Below are positions 11,701-26,009 of a DNA stretch of 64,000 bases, piece by piece. The stretch comes from Eledone cirrhosa (lineage: Eukaryota). Position 1 is the stretch's first letter, and every line of letters starts with the position of its first letter. The DNA is taken from positions 21,018,001 through 21,082,000 of the forward strand of contig OZ024744.1 of assembly GCA_964016885.1 (NCBI GenBank), in the 5' to 3' direction. Made by a program: the position numbers and the translations under genes. The notes below the pieces were generated by a model. That model was not told where the DNA came from. It did no database searches and saw nothing but the letters and a program-made list of their open reading frames with translations.

Positions 11701-14700
11701 CAACAGTTGAATCTTAAAGATAAAACTCGCTTTAACAACAGTTGAATCTTAAGAACTGACTCGTTTTAACAACAGTTGAATCTTAAGACAAAACCCGTTT
11801 TAACAACAGTTGAATCTTAAGAACTGTCTCGTTTTAACAACAGTTGAATCTTAAGATAAACCTCGTTTTAACAACAGTTTAATCTTAAGAACTGACTCGT
11901 TTTAACAACAGTTGAATCTTAAGACAAAACTCGTTTTAACAACAGTTGAATCTTAAGAACTGACTTGTTCTAACAACAGTTCAGCCTTAAGAACTGACTC
12001 GTTTTAAAACAGTTGAATCGTTAGAACTGACTCGTTTTAACAACAGTTGAATCTTAAAATAAAACTCGTTTTAATAATAGTTGAATCTCAAGAACTGACT
12101 CGTTTTAGCAACAGTTGAATCTTAAGATAACACCCGTTTTCATAACAGTTGAATCTTAAGAACTGTCTCGTTTTAACAACAGTTGAATCTTAAAATAAAA
12201 CTCGTTTTAACAACAGCTGAATCTTAAGATAAAACTCGTTTTAACAACAGTTGAATCTTAAGATAAAACTCGTTTTAACAACAGTTGAATCTTAAGAACT
12301 GAGTCTTTTTAACAACAGTTGAATTTTAAGATAAACCTCGTTTTGACAACAGTTGAATCTTAAGAACTGACTCGTTTTAACAACAGTTAAATCTTAATAA
12401 CTGACTCGTTTTAACAACAGTTGAATGTTAAGATAAAACTCGTTTTAACAATAGTTGAATCTTAAGATAAAACTCGTTTAACAACTGTTGAATCTTAAGA
12501 ACTGACTCGTTTTAACAACAGCTGAATCTTAAGATAACATTCGTTTTAACAACAGTTGAATCTTAAGAACTGATTCGTTTTAACAACAGTTGAATCTTAA
12601 GATAAAACTCGTTTTAACCACAGTTGAATCTTAAGAACGGACTCGTTTTAACAACAGCTGAATCTTAAGATAAAACTCGTTTTAACAACAGTTGAATCTT
12701 AAGAACTGATTCGTTTTAACAACAGTTCAAACTTAAGAACTGTTTCGTTTTAACAACAGTTGAATCTTATGAACTGACTCATTTTAACAACAGTTGAATC
12801 TTAAGATAACATTCGTTTTAACAACAGTTGAATCTTAAGAACTGACTCGTTTTAACAACAGTTGAATCTTAAGATAAAACTCGTTTTAACAACAGTTGAA
12901 TCTTAAGAACTGACTCGTTTTAACGACAGCTGAATCTTAAGATAAATCTCGTTTTAACAACAGTTGAATCTTAAAGATAAAACTCGCTTTAACAACAGTT
13001 GAATCTTAAGAACTGACTCGTTTTAACAACAGTTGAATCTTAAGACAAAACCCGTGTTAACAACAGTTGAATATTAAGAACTGTCTCGTTTTAACAACAG
13101 TTGAATGTTAAGATAAAACTCGTTTTAACAATAGTTGTATCTTAAGAACTGACTCGTTTTAACAACAGTTGAATCTTCAAATAAAACTCGTTTTAACAAC
13201 AGTTGAATCTTAAGAACTGACTCGTTTTAACAACAGTTGAATGTTAAGATAAAACTCGTTTTAACAATAGTGGAATCTTAAGAACTGACTCGTTTTAACA
13301 ACAGTTGAATCTTAAGATAACACTCGTTTTAACAACAGTTGAATCTTAAGGACTGACTCGTTTTAACGACAGATGAATCTTAAGATAAAACTCGTTTTAA
13401 CAACAGTTCAAACTTAATAAATGACTCGTTTTAACAACAGTTGAATCTTATGAACTGACTCATTTTAACAACAGTTGAATCTTAAGAACTGATTCGTTTT
13501 AACAACAGTTGAATCTTAAGATAAAACTCGTTTTAACAACAGTTGAATCTTAAGAACTGACTCGTTTTAACAACAGCTGAATCTTAAGATAAAACTCGTT
13601 TTAACAACAGTTCAAACTTAAGAAATGACTCGTTTTAAGAAAAGTTGAATCTTATGAACTCACTCATTTTAACAACAGTTGAATCTTAAGATAACATTCG
13701 TTTTAACAACAGTTGAATCTTAAGAACTGATTCGTTTTAACAACAGTTGAATCTTAAGATAAAACTCGTTTTAACGACAGTTGAATCTTAAGAACGGACT
13801 CGTTTTAACAACAGCTGAATCTTAAGATAAAACTCGTTTTAACAACAGTTGAATCTTAAGAACTGACTCGTTTTAACAACAGCTGAATCTTAAGATAAAA
13901 CTCGTTTTAACGACAGTTCAAACTTAAGAAATGACTCGTTTTAAGAAAAGTTGAATCTTATGAACTCACTCATTTTAACAACAGTTGAATCTTAAGATAA
14001 CATTCGTTTTAACAACAGTTGAATCTTAAGAACTGATTCGTTTTAACAACAGTTGAATCGTAAGATAAAACTCGTTTTAACAACAGTTGAATCTTAAGAA
14101 CGGACTCGTTTTAACAACAGCTGAATCTTAAGATAAAACTCGTTTTAACAACAGTTGAATCTTAAGATAAAACTCGTTTTAACAACAGTTGAATCTTAAG
14201 TACTGACTCGTTTTAACAACAGTTGAATCTTAAGATAAAACTCGTTTTAACAACAGTTGAATCTTATGAACTAACTCATTTTAACAACAGTTGAATCTTA
14301 AGTTAAGACTCGTTTTAACAACAGTTGAATCTTAAGAACTGACTCGTTTTAACGACAGCTGAATCTTAAGATAAAACTCGTTTTAACAACAGTTGGATCT
14401 TAAGAACTGACTCGTTTTAACAACAGTTGAATCTTACGATAAAACTCGTTTTAACAACAGTTGAATCTTATGAACTAACTCATTTTAACAACAGTTGAAT
14501 CTTAAGTTAAGACTCGTTTTAACAACAGTTGAATATTAAGACAAAACCCGTTTTAACAACAGTTGAATCTTAAGAACTGTCTCGTTTTAACAACAGTTGA
14601 ATCTTAAGATAAACCTCGTTTTAACAACAGTTTAATCTTAAGAACTGACTCGTTTTAACAACAGTTGAATCTTAAGACAAAACTCGTTTTAACAACAGTT

Positions 14701-17700
14701 GAATCTTAAGAACTGACTTGTTCTAACAACAGTTCAGCCTTAAGAACTGACTCGTTTTAAAACAGTTGAATCGTTAGAACTGACTCGTTTTAACAACAGT
14801 TGAATCTTAAAATAAAACTCGTTTTAACAATAGTTGAATCTCAAGAACTGACTCGTTTTAGCAACAGTTGAATCTTAAGATAACACTCGTTTTCATAACA
14901 GTTGAATCTTAAGAACTGTCTCGTTTTAACAACAGTTGAATCTTAGAATAAAACTCGTTTTAACAACAGCTGAATCTTAAGATAAAACTCGTTTTAACAA
15001 CAGTTGAATCTTAAGATAAAACTCGTTTTAACAACAGTTGAATCTTAAGAACTGACTCTTTTTAACAACAGTTGAATTTTAAGATAAACCTCGTTTTGGC
15101 AACAGTTGAATCTTAAGAACTGACTCGTTTTAACAACAGTTAAATCTTAATAACTGACTCGTTTTAACAACAGTTGAATGTTAAGATAAAACCCGTTTTA
15201 ACAATAGTTGAATCTTAAGATAAAACTCGTTTTAACAACTGTTGAATCTTAAGAACTGACTCGTTTTAACAACAGCTGAATCTTACGATAAAACTCGTTT
15301 TAACAACAGTTGAATCTTAAGAACTGACTCGTTTTAACAACAGCTGAATCTTAAGATAAAACTCGTTTTAACAACAGTTCAAACTTAAGAAATGACTCGT
15401 TTTAAGAAAAGTTGAATCTTATGAACTCACTCATTTTAACAACAGTTGAATCTTAAGATAACATTCGTTTTAACAATAGTTGAATCTTAAGAACTGATTC
15501 GTTTTAACAACAGTTGAATCTTAAGATAAAACTCGTTTTAACCACAGTTGAATCTTAAGAACGGACTCGTTTTAACAACAGCTGAATCTTAAGATAAAAC
15601 TCGTTTTAACAACAGTTGAATCTTAAGAACTGATTCGTTTTAACAACAGTTCAAACTTAAGAACTGATTCGTTTTAACAACAGTTGAATCTTATGAACTG
15701 ACTCATTTTAACAACAGTTGAATCTTAAGATAACATTCGTTTTAACAACAGTTGAATCTTAAGAACTGACTCGTTTTAACAACAGTTGAATCTTAAGATA
15801 AAACTCGTTTTAACAACAGTTGAATCTTAAGAACTGACTCGTTTTAACGACAGCTGAATCTTAAGATAAATCTCGTTTTAACAACAGTTGAATCTTAAAG
15901 ATAAAACTCGTTTTAACAACAGTTGAATCTTAAGAACTGACTCGTTTTAACAACAGTTGAATCTTAAGACAAAACCCGTGTTAACAACAGTTGAATATTA
16001 AGAACTGTCTCGTTTTAACAACAGTTGAATGTTAAGATAAAACTCGTTTTAACAATAGTTGTATCTTAAGAACTGACTCGTTTTAACAACAGTTGAATCT
16101 TCAAATAAAACTCGTTTTAACAACAGTTGAATCTTAAGAACTGACTCGTTTTAACAACAGTTGAATGTTAAGATAAAACTCGTTTTAACAATAGTGGAAT
16201 CTTAAGAACTGACTCGTTTTAACAACAGTTGAATCTTAAGATAAAACTCGTTTTAACAACAGTTGAATCTTAAGAACTGACTCGTTTTAACGACAGATGA
16301 ATCTTAAGATAAAACTCGTTTTAACAACAGTTCAAACTTAAGAAATGACTCGTTTTAACAACAGTTGAATCTTATGAACTGACTCATTTTAACAACAGTT
16401 GAATCTTAAGAACTGATTCGTTTTAACAACAGTTGAATCTTAAGATAAAACTCGTTTTAACAACAGTTGAATCTTAAGAACTGACTCGTTTTAACAACAG
16501 CTGAATCTTAAGATAAAACTCGTTTTAACAACAGTTCAAACTTAAGAAATGACTCGTTTTAAGAAAAGTTGAATCTTATGAACTCACTCATTTTAACAAC
16601 AGTTGAATCTTAAGATAACATTCGTTTTAACAACAGTTGAATCTTAAGAACTGATTCGTTTTAACAACAGTTGAATCTTAAGATAAAACTCGTTTTAACA
16701 ACAGTTGAATCTTAAGAACGGACTCGTTTTAACAACAGTTGAATCTTAAGATAAAACTCGTTTTAACAACAGTTCAAACTTAAGAAATGACTCGTTTTAA
16801 CAACAGTTGAATCTTATGAACTGACTCATTTTAACAACAGTTGAATCTTAAGAACTGATTCGTTTTAACAACAGCTGAATCTTAAGATAAAACTCGTTTT
16901 AACAACAGTTGAATCTTAAGAACTGACTCGTTTTAACAACAGCTGAATCTTAAGATAAAACTCGTTTTAACAACAGTTGAATCTTAAGATAAAACTCGTT
17001 TTAACAACAGTTGAATCTTAAGAACTGACTCGTTTTAACAACAGTTGAATCTTAAGACAAAACCCGTTTTAACAACAGTTGAATCTTAAGAACTGTCTCG
17101 TTTTAACAACAGTTGAATCTTAAGATAAACCTCGTTTTAACAACAGTTTAATCTTAAGAACTGACTCGTTTTAACAACAGTTGAATCTTAAGACAAAACT
17201 CGTTTTAACAACAGTTGAATCTTAAGAACTGACTTGTTCTAACAACAGTTCAGCCTTAAGAACTGACTCGTTTTAAAACAGTTGAATCGTTAGAACTGAC
17301 TCGTTTTAACAACAGTTGAATCTTAAAATAAAACTCGTTTTAACAATAGTTGAATCTCAAGAACTGACTCGTTTTAGCAACAGTTGAATCTTAAGATAAC
17401 ACCCGTTTTCATAACAGTTGAATCTTAAGAACTGTCTCGTTTTAACAACAGTTGAATCTTAAAATAAAACTCGTTTTAACAACAGCTGAATCTTAAGATA
17501 AAACTCGTTTTAACAACAGTTGAATCTTAAGATAAAACTCGTTTTAACAACAGTTGAATCTTAAGAACTGACTCTTTTTAACAACAGTTGAATTTTAAGA
17601 TAAACCTCGTTTTGACAACAGTTGAATCTTAAGAACTGACTCGTTTTAACAACAGTTAAATCTTAATAACTGACTCGTTTTAACAACAGTTGAATGTTAA

Positions 17701-20700
17701 GATAAAACTCGTTTTAACAATAGTTGAATCTTAAGATAAAACTCGTTTAACAACTGTTGAATCTTAAGAACTGACTCGTTTTAACAACAGCTGAATCTTA
17801 AGATAAAACTCGTTTTAACAACAGTTGAATCTTAAGAACTGACTCGTTTTAACAACAGCTGAATCTTAAGATAAAACTCGTTTTAACAACAGTTCAAACT
17901 TAAGAAATGACTCGTTTTAACAACAGCTGAATCTTAAGATAAAACTCGTTTTAACAACAGTTGAATCTTAAGAACTGATTCGTTTTAACAACAGTTCAAA
18001 CTTAAGAACTGATTCGTTTTAACAACAGTTGAATCTTATGAACTGACTCATTTTAACAACAGTTGAATCTTAAGATAACATTCGTTTTAACAACAGTTGA
18101 ATCTTAAGAACTGACTCGTTTTAACAACAGTTGAATCTTAAGATAAAACTCGTTTTAACAACAGTTGAATCTTAAGAAGTGACTCGTTTTAACGACAGCT
18201 GAATCTTAAGATAAATCTAGTTTTAACAACAGTTGAATCTTAAAGATAAAACTCGCTTTAACAACAGTTGAATCTTAAGAACTGACTCGTTTTAACAACA
18301 GTTGAATCTTAAGACCAAACCCGTGTTAACAACAGTTGAATATTAAGAACTGTCTCGTTTTAACAACAGTTGAATGTTAAGATAAAACTCGTTTTAACAA
18401 TAGTTGTATCTTAAGAACTGACTCGTTTTAACAACAGTTTAATCTTCAAATAAAACTCGTTTTAACAACAGTTGAATCTTAAGAACTGACTCGTTTTAAC
18501 AACAGTTGAATGTTAAGATAAAACTCGTTTTAACAATAGTGGAATCTTAAGAACTGACTCGTTTTAAAAACAGTTGAATCTTAAGATAAAACTCGTTTTA
18601 ACAACAGTTGAATCTTAAGAACTGACTCGTTTTAACGACAGATGAATCTTAAGATAAAACTCGTTTTAACAACAGTTCAAACTTAAGAAATGACTCGTTT
18701 TAACAACAGTTGAATCTTATGAACTGACTCATTTTAACAACAGTTGAATCTTAAGAACTGATTCGTTTTAACAACAGTTGAATCTTAAGATAAAACTCGT
18801 TTTAACAACAGTTGAATCTTAAGAACTGACTCGTTTTAACAACAGCTGAATCTTAAGATAAAACTCGTTTTAACAACAGTTCAAACTTAAGAAATGACTC
18901 GTTTTAAGAAAAGTTGAATCTTATGAACTCACTCATTTTAACAACAGTTGAATCTTAAGATAACATTCGATTTAACAACAGTTGAATCTTAAGAACGGAT
19001 TCGTTTTAACAACAGTTGAATCTTAAGATAAAACTCGTTTTAACAACAGTTGAATCTTAAGAACGGACTCGTTTTAACAACAGCTGAATCTTAAGATAAA
19101 ACTCGTTTTAACAACAGTTGAATCTTAAGAACTGATTCGTTTTAACAACAGTTCAAACTTAAGAACTGATTCGTTTTAACAACAGTTGAATCTTATGAAC
19201 TGACTCATTTTAACAACAGTTGAATCTTAAGATAACATTCGTTTTAACAACAGTTGAATCTTAAGAACTGACTCGTTTTAACAACAGTTGAATCTTAAGA
19301 TAAAACTCGTTTTAACAACAGTTGAATCTTAAGAACTGACTCGTTTTAACGACAGCTGAATCTTAAGATAAATCTCCTTTTAACAACAGTTGAATCTTAA
19401 AGATAAAACTGGCTTTAACAACAGTTGAATCTTAAGAACTGACTCGTTTTAACAACAGTTGAATCTTAAGACAAAACCCGTTTTAACAACAGTTGAATAT
19501 TAAGAACTGTCTCGTTTTAACAACAGTTGAATGTTAAGATAAAACTCGTTTTAACAATAGTTGTATCTTAAGAACTGACTCGTTTTAACAACAGTTGAAT
19601 CTTCAAATAAAACTCGTTTTAACAACAGTTGAATCTTAAGAACTGACTCGTTTTAACAACAGTTGAATGTTAAGATAAAACTCGTTTTAACAATAGTGGA
19701 ATCTTAAGAACTGACTCGTTTTAACAACAGTTGAATCTTAAGATAAAACTCGTTTTAACAACAGTTGAATCTTAAGAACTGACTCGTTTGAACGACAGAT
19801 GAATCTTAAGATAAAACTCGTTTTAACAACAGTTCAAACTTAAGAAATGACTCGTTTTAACAACAGTTGAATTTTATGAACTGACTCATTTTAACAACAG
19901 TTGAATCTTAAGAACTGATTCGTTTTAACAACAGTTGAATCTTAAGATAAAACTCGTTTTAACAACAGTTGAATCTTAAAAACTGACTCGTTTTAACAAC
20001 AGCTGAATCTTAAGATAAAACTCGTTTTAACAACAGTTGATTCTTAAGAACTGACTCGTTTTAACAACAGCTGAATCTTAAGATAAAACTCGTTTTAACA
20101 ACAGTTGAATCTTAAGATAAAACTCGTTTTAACAACAGTTGAATCTTAAGAACTGACTCGTTTTAACAACAGTTGAATCTTAAGATAAAACTCGTTTTAA
20201 CAACAGTTGAATCTTATGAACTAACTCATTTTAACAACAGTTGAATCTTAAGTTAAGACTCGTTTTAACAACAGTTGAATCTTAAGAACTGACTCGTTTT
20301 AACGACAGCTGAATCTTAAGATAAAACTCGTTTTAACAACAGTTGGATCTTAAGAACTGACTCGTTTTAACAACAGTTGAATCTTACGATAAAACTCGTT
20401 TTAACAACAGTTGAATCTTATGAACTAACTCATTTTAACAACAGTTGAATCTTAAGTTAAGACTCGTTTTAACAACAGTTGAATCTTAAGACAAAACTCG
20501 TTTTAACAACAGTTGAATCTTAAGAACTGACTTGTTCTAACAACAGTTCAGCCTTAAGAACTGACTCGTTTTAAAACAGTTGAATCGTTAGAACTGACTC
20601 GTTTTAACAACAGTTGAATCTTAAAATAAAACTCGTTTTAACAATAGTTGAATCTCAAAAACTGACTCGTTTTAGCAACAGTTGAATCTTAAGATAACAC

Positions 20701-23700
20701 TCGTTTTCATAACAGTTGAATCTTAAGAACTGTCTCGTTTTAACAACAGTTGAATTTTAAGATAAACCTCGTTTTGACAACAGTTGAATCTTAAGAACTG
20801 ACTCGTTTTAACAACAGTTAAATCTTAATAACTGACTCGTTTTAACAACAGTTGAATGTTAAGATAAAACTCGTTTTAACAATAGTTGAATCTTAAGAAC
20901 TGACTCGTTTTAACAACAGTTGAATCCTAAGATAAAACTCGTTTTAACAACTGTTGAATCTTAAGAACTGACTCGTTTTAACAACAGCTGAATCTTAAGA
21001 TAAAACTCGTTTTAACAACAGTTGAATCTTAAGAACTGACTCGTTTTAACAACAGTTGAATCTTAAGAACTGACTCGTTTTAACAACAGTTGAATGTTAA
21101 GATAAAACTCGTTTTAACAATAGTGGAATCTTAAGAACTGACTCGTTTTAACAACAGTTGAATCTTAAGATAAAACTTGTTTTAACAACAGTTGAATCTT
21201 AAGAACTGACTCGTTTTAACAACAGCTGAATCTTAAGATAAAACTCGTTTTAACAACAGTTCAAACTTAAGAAATGACTCGTCTTAACAAAAGTTGAATC
21301 TTATGAACTCACTCATTTTAACAACAGTTGAATCTTAAGATAACATTCGTTTTAACAACAGTTGAATCTTAAGAACTGATTCGTTTTAACAACAGTTGAA
21401 TCTTAAGATAAAACTCGTTTTAACAACACGTCAATCTTAAGAAAGGACTCGTTTTAACAACACCTGAATCTTAAGATAAAACTCGTTTTAACAACAGTTG
21501 AATCTTAAGAACTGATTCGTTTTAACAACAGTTCAAACTTAAGAACTGACTCGTTTTAACAACAGTTGAATCTTATGAACTGACTCATTTTAACAACAGT
21601 TGAATCTTAAGATAACATTCGTTTTAACAACAGTTGAATCTTATGAACTGACTCGATTTAACAACAGTTGAATCTTAAAGATAAAACTCGTTTCGACAAC
21701 AGTTGAATCTTAAGAACTGACTCGTTTTAACAACAGCTGAATCTTAAGATAAAACTCGTTTTAACAACAGTTGAATCTTAAGATAAAACTCGTTTTAACA
21801 ACAGTTGAATCTTAAGAACTGACTCGTTTTAACGACAGCTGAATCTTAAGATAAAACTCGTTTTAACAACAGTTCAAACTTAAGAAATGACTCGTTTTAA
21901 CAACAGTTGAATCTTATGAACTGACTCATTTTAACAACAGTTGAATCTTAAGAACTGATTCGTTTTAACAACAGCTGAATCTTAAGATAAAACTCGTTTT
22001 AACAACAGTTGAATCTTAAGAACTGACTCGTTTTAACAACAGCTGAATCTTAAGATAAAACTCGTTTTAACAACAGTTGAATCTTAAGAACTGACTCGTT
22101 TTAACAACAGCTGAATCTTAAGATAAAACTCGTTTTAACAACAGTTGAATCTTAAGATAAAACTCGTTTTAACAACAGTTGAATCTTAAGAACTGACTCG
22201 TTTTAACAACAGTTGAATCTTAAGATAAAACTCGTTTTAACAACAGTTGAATCTTATGAACTAACTCATTTTAACAACAGTTGAATCTTAAGTTAAGACT
22301 CGTTTTAACAACAGTTGAATCTTAAGAACTGACTCGTTTTAACGACAGCTGAATCTTAAGATAAAACTCGTTTTAACAACAGTTGGATCTTAAGAACTGA
22401 CTCGTTTTAACAACAGTTGAATCTTACGATAAAACTCGTTTTAACAACAGTTGAATCTTATGAACTAACTCATTTTAACAACAGTTGAATCTTAAGTTAA
22501 GACTCGTTTTAACAACAGTTGAATCTTAAGAACTGACTCGTTTTAACAACAGTTGAATCTTAAGACAAAACCCGTTTTAACAACAGTTGAATCTTAAGAA
22601 CTGTCTCGTTTTAACAACAGTTGAATCTTAAGATAAACCTCGTTTTAACAACAGTTTAATCTTAAGAACTGACTCGTTTTAACAACAGTTGAATGTTAAG
22701 ATAAAACTCGTTTTAACAATAGTGGAATCTTAAGAACTGACTCGTTTTAACAACAGTTGAATCTTAACATAAAACTCGTTTTAACAACAGTTGAATCTTA
22801 AGAACTGACTCGTTTTAACGACAGCTGAATCTTAAGATAAAACTCGTTTTAACAACAGTTCAAACTTAAGAAATGACTCGTTTTAACAACAGTTGAATCT
22901 TATGAACTGACTCATTTTAACAACAGTTGAATCTTAAGAACTGATTCGTTTTAACAACAGCTGAATCTTAAGATAAAACTCGTTTTAACAACAGTTGAAT
23001 CTTAAGAACTGACTCGTTTTAACAACAGCTGAATCTTAAGATAAAACTCGTTTTAACAACAGTTGAATCTTAAGAACTGACTCGTTTTAACAACAGCTGA
23101 ATCTTAAGATAAAACTCGTTTTAACAACAGTTGAATCTTAAGATAAAACTCGTTTTAACAACAGTTGAATCTTAAGAACTGACTCGTTTTAACAACAGTT
23201 GAATCTTAAGATAAAACTCGTTTTAACAACAGTTGAATCTTATGAACTAACTCATTTTAACAACAGTTGAATCTTAAGTTAAGACTCGTTTTAACAACAG
23301 TTGAATCTTAAGAACTGACTCGTTTTAACGACAGCTGAATCTTAAGATAAAACTCGTTTTAACAACAGTTGGATCTTAAGAACTGACTCGTTTTAACAAC
23401 AGTTGAATCTTACGATAAAACTCGTTTTAACAACAGTTGAATCTTATGAGCTAACTCATTTTAACAACAGTTGAATCTTAAGTTTAGACTCGTTTTAACA
23501 ACAGTTGAATCTTAAGAACTGACTCGTTTTAACAACAGCTGAATCTTAAGATAAAACTCGTTTTAACAACAGTTGAATCTTAAGAACTGACTCGTTTTAA
23601 CAACAGTTGAATCTTCAAATAAAACTCGTTTTAACAACAGTTGAATCTTAAGAACTGACTCGTTTTAACAACAGTTGAATGTTAAGATAAAACTCGTTTT

Positions 23701-26009
23701 AACAATAGTGGAATCTTAAGAACTGACTCGTTTTAACAACAGTTGAATCTTAAGATAAAACTCGTTTTAACAACAGTTGAATCTTAAGAACTGACTCGTT
23801 TTAACAACAGCTGAATCTTAAGATAAAACTCGTTTTAACAACAGTTCAAACTTAAGAAATGACTCGTTTTAACAAAAGTTGAATCTTATGAACTCACTCA
23901 TTTTAACAACAGTTGAATCTTAAGATAACATTCGTTTTAACAACAGTTGAATCTTAAGAACTGATTCGTTTTAACAACAGTTGAATCTTAAGATAAAACT
24001 CGTTTTAACAACACTTGAATCTTAAGAACGGACTCGTTTTAACAACACCTGAATCTTAAGATAAAACTCGTTTTAACAACAGTTCAAACTTAAGAACTGA
24101 CTCGTTTTAACAACAGTTGAATCTAATGAACTGACTCATTTTAACAACAGTTGAATCTTAAGATAACATTCGTTTTAACAACAGTTGAATCTTAAGAACT
24201 GACTCGTTTTAACAACAGTTGAATCTTAAAGATAAAACTCGTTTCGACAACAGTTGAATCTTAAGAACTGACTCGTTTTAACAACAGCTGAATCTTAAGA
24301 TAAAACTCGTTTTAACAACAGTTGAATCTTAAGATAAAACTCGTTTTAACAACAGTTGAATCTTAAGAACTGACTCGTTTTAACGACAGCTGAATCTTAA
24401 GATAAAACTCGTTTTAACAACAGTTCAAACTTAAGAAATGACTCGTTTTAACAACAGTTGAATCTTATGAACTGACTCATTTTAACAACAGTTGAATCTT
24501 AAGAACTGATTCGTTTTAACAACAGCTGAATCTTAAGATAAAACTCGTTTTAACAACAGTTGAATCTTAAGAACTGATTCGTTTTAACAACAGCTGAATC
24601 TTAAGATAAAACTCGTTTTAACAACAGTTGAATCTTAAGAACTGACTCGTTTTAACAACAGCTGAATCTTAAGATAAAACTCGTTTTAACAACAGTTGAA
24701 TCTTAAGATAAAACTCGTTTTAACAACAGTTGAATCTTAAGAACTGACTCTTTTTAACAACAGTTGAATCTTAAGATAAAACTCGTTTTAACAACAGTTG
24801 AATCTTATGAGCTAACTCATTTTAACAACAGTTGAATCTTAAGTTATGACTCGTTTTAACAACAGTTGAATCTTAAGAACTGACCCCTTTTTAACAACAG
24901 CTGAATCTTAAGATAAAACTCGTTTTAACAACAGTTGAATCTTAAGAACTGACTCGTTTTAACAACAGCTGAATCTTAAGATAAAACTCGTTTTAACAAC
25001 AGTTGAATCTTAAGATAAAACTCGTTTTAACAACAGTTGAATCTTATGTACTGACTCGTTTTAACAACAGTTGAATCTTAAGATAAAACTCGTTTTAACA
25101 ACAGTTGAATCTTATGAACTAACTCATTTTAACAACAGTTGAATCTTAAGTTAAGACTCGTTTTAACAACAGTTGAATCTTAAGAACTGACTCGTTTTAA
25201 CGACAGCTGAATCTTAAGATAAAACTCGTTTTAACAACAGTTGGATCTTAAGAACTGACTCGTTTTAACAACAGTTGAATCTTACGATAAAACTCGTTTT
25301 AACAACAGTTGAATCTTATGAACTAACTCATTTTAACAACAGTTGAATCTTAAGTTAAGACTCGTTTTAACAACAGTTGAATATTAAGACAAAACCCGTT
25401 TTAACAACAGTTGAATCTTAAGAACTGTCTCGTTTTAACAACAGTTGAATCTTTAGATAAACCTCGTTTTAACAACAGTTTAATCTTAAGAACTGACTCG
25501 TTTTAACAACAGTTGAATCTTAAGACAAAACTCGTTTTAACAACAGTTGAATCTTAAGAACTGACTTGTTCTAACAACAGTTCAGCCTTAAGAACTGACT
25601 CGTTTTAAAACAGTTGAATCGTTAGAACTGACTCGTTTTAACAACAGTTGAATCTTAAAATAAAACTCGTTTTAACAATAGTTGAATCTCAAGAACTGAC
25701 TCGTTTTAGCAACAGTTGAATCTTAAGATAACACTCGTTTTCATAACAGTTGAATCTTAAGAACTGTCTCGTTTTAACAACAGTTGAACTTTAAGATAAA
25801 CCTCGTTTTGACAACAGTTGAATCTTAAGAACTGACTCGTTTTAACAACAGTTGAATGTTAAGATAAAACTCGTTTTAACAATAGTTGAATCTTAAGATA
25901 AAACTCGTTTTAACAACAGTTCAAACTTAAGAAATGACTCGTTTTAACAACAGTTGAATCTTATGAACTGACTCATTTTAACAACAGTTGAATCTTAAGA
26001 ACTGATTCG